Below, one piece after another: positions 52,320 to 64,000 of a stretch of DNA of 64,000 bases (positions are counted from its first letter, which is position 1; each line of letters opens with the position of its first letter). Origin of the DNA: Trichoplax adhaerens (Eukaryota; Animalia; Placozoa). The translations under genes and the position numbers were made by a program. The stretch lies in the NCBI RefSeq assembly GCF_000150275.1, contig NW_002060958.1:566272-630271 (forward strand). The letters run 5' to 3'. The notes under the pieces were generated by a model. That model was given only the letters and a program-made list of their open reading frames with translations, ran no database searches and was not told the origin of the DNA.

Positions 52320-55300
52320 TACTTTTCGAAAATTATGTCTGTAGTCTTTGTTATGAGCAATCATTTTGCAATTTCAATGTCATACAAATATTTGCAAAAT
52401 ATACATTTTAATATGACGATAATTTTATCGACTGTATGGCTTTAATTCAACAGCTGTCTGATATGGAAATAAGATCATAATATACGTAATAGCCTATTTA
52501 CAAGACTATAGCCATGTAACATCGACGATTGTGGTGAAATATTTTGAAAACCATTAGATAAATTACCCTATCCAGCCTTATTTATATCCAGTAAAATTAA
52601 TACAAATACCGCATATAATTAACCTTAATTTTATTATTAACAAAAATATCTATGATAGAAAGTGACAATTGTCAATATACCACGTATATCACAAATTTTA
52701 AGTTGTCATTCTTGCTATAAATTTTTATTAGATGACATTTTACAGTATTGCAGACTATACTAGCTTACAGAAGATTATCCTTTACTGCAACTAATTGAAG
52801 TATTTAAAAAACTATATTCTTAATTATTGGATTCTCGCATTGTTCGATAACGAATTCAAATTAAAATACTATCCCTATGTACCAAGTCTTAGAGTTAATT
52901 AGAAAAGTAGTATACTACGGCTCCAATATTTCGTATTAGATTACAGTAATCTGAATCTTGCATTTTAGATGAATAAAATAATTTATAGATTCCAGAAATG
53001 ATTCTCCTCATTACGGAAATAAATACAGTATATAACAAATGCTGGTTTCATTAATATTTCGTAAATATAATAGGTCTAAAGTTACACTGCCAATTGTTAT
53101 GAATTGGGCCCACTTTGCAGAAGCCTACATGTAATTTTACCCGAATTCACAAGAACAAGGATTTTTTTTACTCTTATCTTTATTCAGTCTCAGCTCTAAA
53201 TCTAAGTTCCAAATTTACACGTATGATCTCCAAGTTTTTGCCTCTCTAAATCCAAAAGGCTGCCCGTGTGCAATTTAGCATTCCTTTGAACACTCACTAT
53301 ATTACGTAATGTGCAATGCCTTATCTAAGTTTCAGCGCCGTATGGCTGAAGCATTTCAGTTATGTAGATTATGCTCTTGCATTAGTAAGAAAATCATTAC
53401 CATAACATGTTACGATAGATAAGTCATACTGATCTAGACAAGTACTATCGTGTTATCATATCTCTATCGCGCGACACTAATTCTTTATTTGCTTGTAATT
53501 TAGTAATAATTTACTTTCAGGACCAGTGATTCACTCTAAGTTTGTCTTTTATTAAAGAGCTATAGTAAGGAATGTACTGCAATAGAGACTTAAGTAAGAT
53601 TTACATTAACGTATAACAGCAGTTAAAAGCGTTTGTAAAGTACTTAACAAATCTTAGTAGCTGCTAATATACGTAAAGTGTCTTCGAAATAAAAATCTTT
53701 ATACTTAATTGGACAACAATAGTTATTCTTATATATTATTGATTCTGAAAGTTTATTCTGTTAACCGGCTGGGCTTTACGAATGCTATCATCAAAGTCTG
53801 ATGAATACATAATCATGAAAAGTAATTAGTATTAGCCAGAAAAATATTTTGAAATGACTGTAAATACGTCTCTTCAGATTTGTTTATGGTTGGTATTTTG
53901 TTAGTTGCAGTTTTGAATTGGATTAAATAACGACAATTAGTTGCTGACGGTGTAACTTTTACTAGAGTTATTGTACATTCTTACTTCACACGTAAAATTT
54001 CTATATGTGTACAAATTGAAGCGTTTACTTCGTCATAAAATAACTTATTTTTTATAGCTAGATTCTGGGCCAAATCGTATTAATGTCTCATCAAAGAGAT
54101 TACACTAACATCCTCTAGTTTAGAAATCATTGTCTTAAAAAATTTACAGCTAAAGTATATTGCCCTGATACACCATTGAAATTGCCAAATTTAATTTAGT
54201 ACCTTGGTGATTTTCTTCGAATAGCTGTTGTTATTGTTATCGATGCTCTTCATTAATATCTGTTTTGTTGGAGTCACCGAGCTAAATCAATTAATGCTCT
54301 GAGTAAATAAAGCAGCTAAGAAATTTTTTGTTGACCTTTTAGCGATATAATGGATTATTGACGTCATTTTATACTATAGAATTAGATAATATTCCCTCCA
54401 TAAAATACTATTTATAATATCCTATTTTAGTAATAGTGCGAATCACGCTCGCAGATAGGTAAACAATTATAAACATAAGAAGATCAAAATTAGATTTAAT
54501 ATTCCATTCAGCAATATAAAGCGATCATTTTTAGGCGTGAAATTGCTTTTATTTCCTAGCAATCTATAAAATTTACAGAGTTTGTCTATCATGCTAGTTT
54601 ATGCATTTTCGATAGTGTAACGATCATTATGGAATATTAAATAATCACTTGCAGTCTAACTATCCCATATTATCTTAAAACTAGACTTTGTATATACGAT
54701 TACTTTCAATCTTATTAGCAAACATTTCTCCAAATACATTACTTGGAAATTTGGAATCTATAAATGGCTGTTCTCGTGATTTAATTTCGCTGATGAATTG
54801 ATCTTGCACTTGTCTTTCTTTATTGTGACAGTAACCTCGACTAACGCTGATATTATTTCAGACGAGCTTGGTTGGCATCAGTCAAAATCGCCGCGCTACT
54901 TTGTTAAACAGCAATCTTTCTGAAAAATTTAGAGTTACTGCTCTATAACTTATTCAGATTTTAAAGCCGCAGATAGATTAACAAAGATATCCACAATTGG
55001 TAGGTTAAAATTTTATTTGTAGCGTTCTAATTATTAAAATTGTTAACTGAATTTTAAAGGCGATCTTAGTTTTCGTTAAGAATGTAAACTTTTCATAGTC
55101 ATGATATTGCAGAAATTCCTAGCAATTTCTGATCAAAATGTAATGAAGATGTCAGAATAACAGTAGTATCGTACGTAATTTACATGTAAATTAAGTTTCT
55201 ATGCTATCATGTCTAAATTTAACTATAGTAGTATTAATACTGTGTTCCATTATGTATCGATTGATTTTTCTGTCCATCTACTTAGTACGCTATGAGTTAC

Positions 55301-56018
55301 AAGGGGTAAGCAACTCCAAAAGTACAGTATAAGCGTAACAGCTATGAAATTAAACAATTACCGGCATGATGACCTCTGAATTTTGACGATCACACCTACA
55401 CTAATTACGGTACTGCTTTATAATTTAGCAAATCCATAGTTTGGAGATTATAAAGAAAAAATTTGCAGATCATCAATAAAATAGGTTTATTACAAGAAAT
55501 CTCTATTTGTATAGCTATAGATTAATAATAGCATAAATCAAACGGTAAGATTTTAAATTGCGCAGATAGCTGTGACCATCACAATTGACAATTATTATAT
55601 CTACCTTATTAAGATTGCAGATTCGCTAATCTTATAATATATAATTATAATACATCTTGATTAACATTATATTTATTTCATTCGTTTATAATGGGAAGTA
55701 AGTGCTTAAATAGTATGAAAAAAATGTCGCCATGATATATAAGGGCATGACTGATATATTTGTAGGCTTTGTTTCATTACATTTGATAGAATTTTACTTG
55801 AGTTATCTAGACATTCATCGGCAAATATTTATTAGCAGGCGTCACTGTTGGCAAATATTTAAATCCTTAGATAATAATTTTAATCCTGCATATTTCTGCT
55901 TTACCATAATATTAAAGTCGTTAATGTGAGTTGATTTACTTATGGTAAGTAATTTCAAATGTTAGTAGTCGGAAATATTTCGTTGATACGTATTTCTTAC
56001 ACTACCAGTACTGTACCT

Positions 56019-56582
56019 TGTCACAAACCAGCATGGTGACAAAGATAACTTAAAACAAATCTCTAAATTACTAGTCTCCGGGATTCAGTATCCCTTAAGT
56101 ATCTCGTAAGAATTTAGACGCCTTTGCTTCTACCTTTAACAACTATAGAACTCTTCTTTATTCAACTATCTGCCGAGCTTCAATATCCTTCGACAGCTGC
56201 TATCATGTATAAGTAATAACAGTTCTTGAAATTTAGTTCATATTGGATAGCTAAATTAATACAGAAATTATTCATAATCTTAGACATGTACTGAACGATT
56301 CTAGATAATTAGATTACAGTATATCTATACACAGAATTATTTATAGTATCATCTATAATTGAATATCTTCAGAATATTAATCACAAGCGTTACAAGACAT
56401 AACACTATAATCAATTAACCATAGTCACCGTATAAGAACTCCTATTATAGTACAGCATAATGTACTGTTATGAAATACTAACTACCGTAATTTTTACTGT
56501 AAGTCATTATTAGTTATCTCCATATTAAATGTTAACCACTAAATTTAGTCGTTCACTCTTCTCGGTGGTTCGTACCGTGACA
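56019..56582 (-). mobile_element. Solo LTR-like element, family C copy 2 (564 bp)
   Basis: TGTCAC...GTGACA termini; homologous to 42625-43020 with an extra ~180-bp internal segment (~56214-56394); flanks TACCT/TAATT match only 3/5. Confidence 0.75.
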
Positions 56583-57181
56583 TAATTAGATCTAATTTGA
56601 AATCCGGCCGCAATTGCAATTTAACTATCTTGCTGTTATATTACTAGAATTTAAAACTTGTAACTATGTCTGGGTCTCAGTTTACGCATACGAGATCGAT
56701 AGTTTTAAAATAAAAGGTATTTTTCTCGATCATTGCATTGCCATAGATTACCATACGTTATAGTCATTTCAATATATTTATTTCACACATGAAGTTACGT
56801 TTTTATTTCATTCTTATTTATTTTCTATTGAAATATCTATTACCGCATTGAAAAGGAAATATTTCGATATCTATTTCAAAATTCATCGGGAAATTCGGCC
56901 ATATTGGTGTTCTGATATAGTTCTTATTAGGAGATAATAATAGTATTTCAAAAATTATTACAATTACGGTGTTTGATGATACCAATAATAATCGATATTT
57001 GATAATTTTGAACCTTACTTAACAGTAGTTTATTTGACCAGTCAAATATTATTATAAATAATAAATTAAAGGGTATTGATTGTTTAAAACTACAGAAATC
57101 GAATGTAATTCGATGTTGTTGCGCGGAATTATGACTATGCATGTACATCTTATTAATGAGATAAAAATGTTTGAAACTGCC

Positions 57182-57732
57182 TGTGATATATACCAATCAC
57201 GAAATTCCAAATTTTAGAAAAATAAGGGCTTTATTGAATCTTATACAAAGATTAACTACACACAGCTCTACTTTAGCCGAATACTACTACTAAAGACTTC
57301 TACAACGAACAAACAGAATAATCTAAAGTTGCATGCTTTTATACTTTCCGTAGCATTCGCAGCTACAATCCGCATGTCAACCTTTTACCTTATTTTACAC
57401 ATAGTTAAATTATTCTTAGTAAGACTATTCTACTACGGACCATCATTAATCCAATATGGATACGACTACAGTACTAACGTAGACATTATTCACACCAGCC
57501 AAGTACAATGAATTAACCATATCCTAATATATGATTTACAGTTCTATTTTTACCTATAGCCATATTAGTAACTCAACAGCTTACTGTATATAGTCATCTG
57601 TACTCTAGCATAGAGTCTCTACCACTACAGTCTATAGTTACAGCTACCAAATATCTCTTAGGATAAATATCTACCGTACATTATACTACACATGGCTAAC
57701 AGTCTACAATCACAATGCTAAGTTACACTACA
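57182..57732 (-). mobile_element. Solo LTR-like element, family D copy 2 (551 bp)
   Basis: TG...CA termini; perfect TSD CTGCC (57177-57181 / 57733-57737); minus-strand GTATAAAAGC (~57340) then AATAAA (~57232). Confidence 0.87.
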
Positions 57733-58655
57733 CTGCCTTATTTGCAAATCTATCATTGCATACTGCATAGCCGAATAATACGTTTTGGATAATACTGTTA
57801 CACTCGTATTTTACTTTTTATGCTCCTAAGTCACGAAACGTTATCAGCTTAAGCAGCAAGAACTATTTTGATTTCTTTAATGTAATACACTATTTCATTA
57901 CAAGATGAATATACTCACTTTCATGTGCATTTTCTAGGTACTTCTGCTGAAATAATATCCATCAAGAGAGAAAAATCTACATTTTTTAATATTACTGACA
58001 CGTTCTTTGGGCGATTGTCGTTCGAAATTAGCCATATACAGATTTCTGTTGGATATCTCACATTATATTCTAATAGCTGGTCGATCTTATATATAATCAG
58101 CCATTATAGTACGTCATAAACTGATATTCTAACGGCTTGCACTTATTCAACGATGTCAGGCATTTAATTAAGATTATAATTCTCAATCAAGCACAATCTA
58201 TTCTGGTACTCACTCTCTGACGTTATTCAAAACTTAGGTTTTAATTGGATTACCATATTAAAGCAAGAAAGTTAGCCATTCAAATTTTCTTTCTTTGGTA
58301 TCGCTTAAGAAAATTCCGTTTCACACTTACTAGATTAAGTGCAACTTCGACTATAGCGCTAAATACATTACAGGTTTACTATCACTAAATTAGTTACAAC
58401 CTACGATCCAGTTTTCGTACTTCAGAAGTCAGCTTTTACAAGCTTTACAAGGTCTTTAAGAATTGTTGCTTTGGTAGTAGTCTCTGAAATAAACGCCTTC
58501 CAATTATAAATTGCGGTCAAGGTTGACAACTATCGATACTTTGAATTACTGACTGCATTAATCGGAATTGTTAGACTTTGAGTATTAACGACTTTAACGG
58601 TATCTTAGGTTTATCCTATTTATAATATCGAAAATAGGAGTAGGAACAAATAAAA

Positions 58656-59773
58656 ATGAATAATACTACAGGAAATGATACTCTTCCAGTCAGGCCGTTT
58701 AATCGTTATCAAATTGGAGCGGCCATCATATCACCTGTCGCTGTCACTAATCTTGCTGTCGTAATTATGATCTTATCTAAATCGAGTTTAAGAACAGTTA
58801 CCAATATTATAATTTGCAGCAGTTGCGTCTCAGCTCTACTTTTCGCACTTATGCTTATAATAGCTGCCATTGTAACGTCTGTATCAACAGTTGGTGTTCA
58901 TCTATTTTTCCTTCGATGTATTTATAATCATGCCGTAGAGCTTACTTTAGGTGGAATATTTAGTTTTCATATTACTGCTATCAGCTTAGAGAGATTCTTC
59001 TCGGTAATCTATCCTTTTCGCTATCAAAGATTTGCAAACGTTCGCAATACTTCCGTGGTTTTGGTTGCAGTATGGCTACTACCAGTGATACTAATTTACC
59101 TTCCATCATTTATAGCATCATGGATCGTAAATCAAAGATGTTTTCCTTGGCCAAAACATATCATTAATGTTTTTTTCTACATCCTTTTTCCTATAATTAT
59201 ATTTTTACCTCCAATTGTCATATCTATTACTTATATCATTATGATCTATAAGATCAGTTCAATAACTAGTAAATCATGGCTATTAGAACTTCCGGAAGAT
59301 TATCCGCTAGTGCTATGGCATCTAACGGAAACACTATACTTTTAACAACCTCTAATCCTTTAGTTTCGAATAAAACTGAAACATCGCATCATAGTAAATC
59401 CCGTCAACGAGCCCTAAGGAATAGAAAGCCTTTATTACAAATGCTACTTTTAGTAGGTATTTATTCATTAACCTTGTTTCCGTTTTATTTCTTATTTCTG
59501 TTATTGATCGAAACAAACGATGAGCAGAAATTCCGAGTACCACTGTATGTTTCTTATCTTGTAACTATTGGTTATTTACTGGTTCATCCGATATTATCTG
59601 TCGTTTTTACCTCAGCCATTAAGAAGGAATGCTTGAAAACTTGGAGAAATATACGCTTAAATAGCTGTTGGTGTAGTAGTAGGTTGAGACAAGTTGGTGA
59701 TGCACAGATATCCAGCTCCTTAGCTATTAGTCCGGCCGTTCATTTAACACATCAAGGTAGCTTCAAAACGTAA
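58656..59773 (+). pseudogene. Intronless orphan class A GPCR paralog with single 1-bp frameshift in ICL3 (372 aa if restored)
   Basis: TM1-5 lie in 58656-59279 (ISLERFFSVIYPFRY) and TM6-7 in the next frame (LLQMLLLVGIYSLTLFPF...HPILS). Adding one G at 59278-59279 gives KSWAIRTSG, matching ETWASHTVG in the paralog. Could be a sequencing error. Confidence 0.85.
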
Positions 59774-62700
59774 TTTCTATGAAGTGAAGACATTGCTTTA
59801 GTATCGGGCAATACCCATTTCTTGGAGAATTAAAGCCTACGGAATCAGATGTTTATAGTTGTGTGTATTACAATATTCCTCGTTCATAAAGGAATACATC
59901 GTGGTCTCTGATTTAATTTTTGGAGATGAGATATTTATTAGTTTGTATGTCTTTCGCTACTGCTTGTGATACTCTTTGGCTATCCTGTGCCCATAACTTC
60001 TTTTAATTAATAATAACTGAAGCAAGTAGACATTAGATTATCATTAAATTATTTGGCATTTAAGGTTTGTCTTGATAAATCTGATATTCTTATGCAACCT
60101 CGTCGAAATTTCTGAAATTGCTCACTACTCAAGGATTACTTATAAAGTATTGAATTAAGGTAAAACTGCTTCAGTTGTTGTATAATAATAATTATTCAGA
60201 GGGCTTCTTAATTAAAGACTTTCTTTCAACAAAAAATTTGGGGTTTGGATGTATGGAAAAATCTCAAGATTTTAGCAGTTATTTTTTTAGATTTAGTAAA
60301 ACTTTAATTTTTGTTACTACTCCACGCTATTTATTGTAGCCAAAGTATAAATAAGAAATTAAAAATGTTGCCATCAGAAGATTGTAATCATTGATAATTC
60401 AGATAATATTAAATGTAATTATTTAAATTAGGCAAGTTAAAGGTTATTCTCTATTTGGTCTTTGATTTAGAGACAAAACGTCTTCTTTCTGATCTGAATA
60501 GACCATTTCGACTTTGATGATGATGCTGTTTAGATAAGAAGTTGCATATCCATGTATCCTGTACTTAGCTCCTAATAGCGCTTTCGATAGCAAATTATTG
60601 TAGTATAATGGATTTTATAGTAAATTCGCAGTGGGTATAAATGTTTAAATTGGTAGACTATGTAATTATAATTTAATTTTTCGAACTGATATGGAATTAT
60701 CAAATTTCTACATGTAATTATGAAAGTTATTTCGTTTTGTTTGTAACAATATGGTAGTACTGATACCATTTACTATATGTGTACATCAATTATAGAATAA
60801 CCGGGATCTATAATCGAAATACCCTTTTAACTCTGGTCGTATACGAAATGTAACGGCTATCAAAAAATGAGATTAATTTATTAAGATAGTCTAGCTTGAA
60901 AAGTGTATCTTGGTTGTAATTGTAACCTTATAAATTATTAAACGCTCATCAAAATCGTATTCGATGACTTATTCGTCTAGCAAATACATCTTGATTCATC
61001 TAGCTACAAAAGGGTAGTATTTCAAAGTTGTGATGTAATATAATGTATTGCTAATAAGAAAGTTATTGAATGATATTAGGCGCTCTCTATGATTTCCTAA
61101 GTTGTATAAAAATAATATATAATTTTACTCTAGCTGCGACTAAAATAATGCTAGGTAATTTCAGTAACTGAGCAAGTTTCTAAGTAAAGAATTGTTTTAG
61201 ATATTTCTGATTAATCTTGACAATTAAGTTCATTATTTTAGCATCCATTCATAGCCTCATTATCGCAGGATAAAACTTTAGGAAAATTTGTCGCTATCAT
61301 TATTAAATTTTTTGATATTAAATTTAACTGCTTGCTCTGTAGAAGATATTACCTCCTGAAGTTTACTGTATAGTACTATTACTGAATAACAAGCCGGCCA
61401 AGAGCAACAAAATGTGTGAAGACTATTCAATCCTATCGTTGCAATTGTAATATTTTTTCTGGAATTTGAGAACTAATCTAGAACATAGCCACCATGCAAT
61501 CTAATATTTACGAGCTATATCTTCTTTTAAAATTTTCTGTCCTATGCAGTAGATGGCGAACACTTGAGCTTTCTAGAGAAATTAGATGAGTTATCTTTAA
61601 TTAAAATAATAAATCAAGGGCTACTGTTATTGGTAAAGTTCACTTTACTACATAAATTAGGTTCGTTTTACAAATACCAAAGACAATCTAGCTCTAATCA
61701 CAATATCTTGACTGTTACAAGAGAATTTATCGTTGACATAGAATTAGTCACAGAGTAATATTTTAACAATACAACTATTTGCTGCCGATTTCATCGCAAA
61801 TTCAGTTCTTTGATTACCATGGTGCGATCTGTTCATATTTCTGCGCTTTCAATTAAAGCATCACAAATCTCACAATACTCACATACTTAGTGAAACCTAT
61901 TTATATCTTGGAATCTTTATACTAATATCTCAATAGAATTGGTATAACACGCGTCGTAATCATCTTCTATAAATAAATAGTTATGTACGCTTCCTTACAA
62001 TCAATGGTTTGATTTACCCGTTCCCATGCAAGCCTTCAGTTTTAATCTTAGGCTGATTCCGGACTGCACTACAGATACAAATCCTGATTCAGATCTATCT
62101 AAAGCCATGTAATCTTCTTTACAGCTTGTGGGAAAAAATTTATAAATTGTGTTGTTTTATTTGTCTTTAATTATAATCAATACACAGACTTAGTACTTCA
62201 TTATGAACTGCGATTTGTAAATTTTATTATCTTAAGAAAAGCAATTTTACTAAAGGAGTTCACATTATTATAATTTTCACCGAATGATAACGTAGCATCT
62301 GAATAATGTCCTTACTTATGCTTTTATTTCGTTGGTGTAAGATATTATAAAACAACTTGCATGCATAGCACTTAATTAGATGCTTAATATTACTGGTACT
62401 AATTTTGAACATTTTATTATTAACTTGCCTCGCTAATAGCCTATAAGCTTGCTATTTCTATTTAATTATACAATAATGTGTAGTTTAGGCCCATACTACA
62501 TCTAGTTAGCTCATAATAAGCTTAAAATTAGCATTAAAACAGACTTTACAAATTAAAAGCTTCCTGCAGCTCTATAGAATATTTAATAGCCGGCTGATTC
62601 TATAGAATTTATGAAATACTAGCTTCTAAATAACATAAAGCCTAAATCATAACAAAAACCTAGACCAGTAAAAATATGGAAGATTAAATACAGTAACAAA

Positions 62701-64000
62701 TATGTTGCAGGTGTTACCGTAAATTTTACGTATACAATGAACTAGCTTACGCGTATCAACGTATTTAAAAATCAGATATTTAACTATGGAGGTAAATTTT
62801 ATTATAATTTGAGATTGTGTTACGAGTACAGGTGCGATACACAAGTAAGAACTTTGACGTATGAGATGCTGTAATTTTGTTACAGATACGACAGTCAATA
62901 AAAATATTACTTCGAAAGTCAAAATATAATTACTTCGATTTAAAGTTAATGAAACGATTATTTTATTTACTTTTAGCTATTTTAACTGTTCGCTAATAAC
63001 GTTCTCATGTAACATGTCACGAAGTGACTTTTCTTATAAAATAGTTATCTCATATTTTCCTCAGATAACATTCCGTTATCCGTGACATATATATATATAC
63101 ATTTAATAGATAACTGCATGATTTTATAGTATTATCTGTAAACTGATAATTAATGTTTATATCGATTTACTATAAATTGAACTATTTTTCAATAAAGTTT
63201 GGGTTCAGTTTGTCGCAGAGGGACAAGTATTGTTACGGTTCCTCCCAACGATAGGAGATCAGTATTTAATTTACTGTAGAGTCGTACTGCTGGTAAGCAT
63301 CAGGGAAGATAAAACTTAGAGTAGATTTCTAGTGTATAATTCCAATAATAGTTTTTAAGTATTTCTCGTTGCAAATTTCGATTTGTAACGTAACATTACT
63401 AGGAAAATTAGATGTTACAACGGTTTCACTTGTTTATCCAAAGTGTAAGTGCTGACAACATATAATACGCCCAGATGCTAACAAATGAATTGCTAACAAT
63501 GCGGTATACCCTGATATCTAATTTCTTTTGAAAGGTAGTGCCGTATAAAATTAAAATCTATACAGAATTACAGCTGCTGTAGTTAAATTTCAGTTCCGGT
63601 GTAGTGAAATATAGAACAGAAAGTAATACTTTTAATTAAGATTGCTTTATTTACTTGCAAAAAAATGTGCTTTATATTCTTATATAACGTCAATGTAAGC
63701 TTCCGCTGTCAAAGCTAGTTCCCAGTTTATTTATTATGTGTGCGAAGAGATCAACAAAATTGCAGATAAGATAAATACACTAAATATAGAATAAAATTAA
63801 TTATGAGAGGCGACTAAAGTAACTAATCAATTCAGAACGGTGCTATTGCTGTCAATCTAAAAAATAGTTCATTTAATAGCCAATTCTTAGAATCAATTGT
63901 AACAGTATGATGATAGAATGTCGATTGGTACATTATGAATTTTGCGATCTTGAAAACTGAAAGTGTGTTAGTGAGGTAATCAGGAGCTATTTTAATAAAG

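Noticed and set aside
54800-54925. Signal-peptide-like stretch LALVFLIVTVTSTNA
   Set aside because: No in-frame ATG, and a stop follows shortly; cannot be supported as a gene.
63015-63395. Short segments with LTR-like inverted ends (TGTCACG..CGTGACA at 63015-63087; TGTTACG..CGTAACA at 63231-63395; similar at 9947-10070 and ~53408-53476)
   Set aside because: No target-site duplications and no internal homology between them; could be chance or heavily deleted relics.
1-64000. Prokaryotic features (CRISPR arrays, operons), rRNA and tRNA genes
   Set aside because: None seen; the sequence is intron-containing animal DNA with no repeat-spacer arrays or recognisable structural RNA.

Overview
AT-rich eukaryotic (animal) genomic DNA with short GT-AG introns. 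Gene content and style suggest a placozoan such as Trichoplax; this is an inference, not verified. The left third is gene-dense: a two-exon COX7A-like gene that the ORF track misses (+), a six-exon 1120-aa Caspr/Neurexin-IV-like gene lacking a discoidin domain (-), and a nine-exon biotin-protein ligase, HLCS (+). The upstream regions of COX7A and HLCS carry a lattice of TA-CWG-TA / TA-CSG-TA pentamers. The right two-thirds is gene-poor. It holds two paralogous intronless orphan rhodopsin-class GPCRs, the second with a 1-bp frameshift. Between them lie at least six independent solo-LTR-like insertions from four families, most with recognisable 5-bp target-site duplications, and an assembly gap flanked by a ~2.4-kb near-identical duplication that is probably two alleles. 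All exon models and alignments were done by eye.
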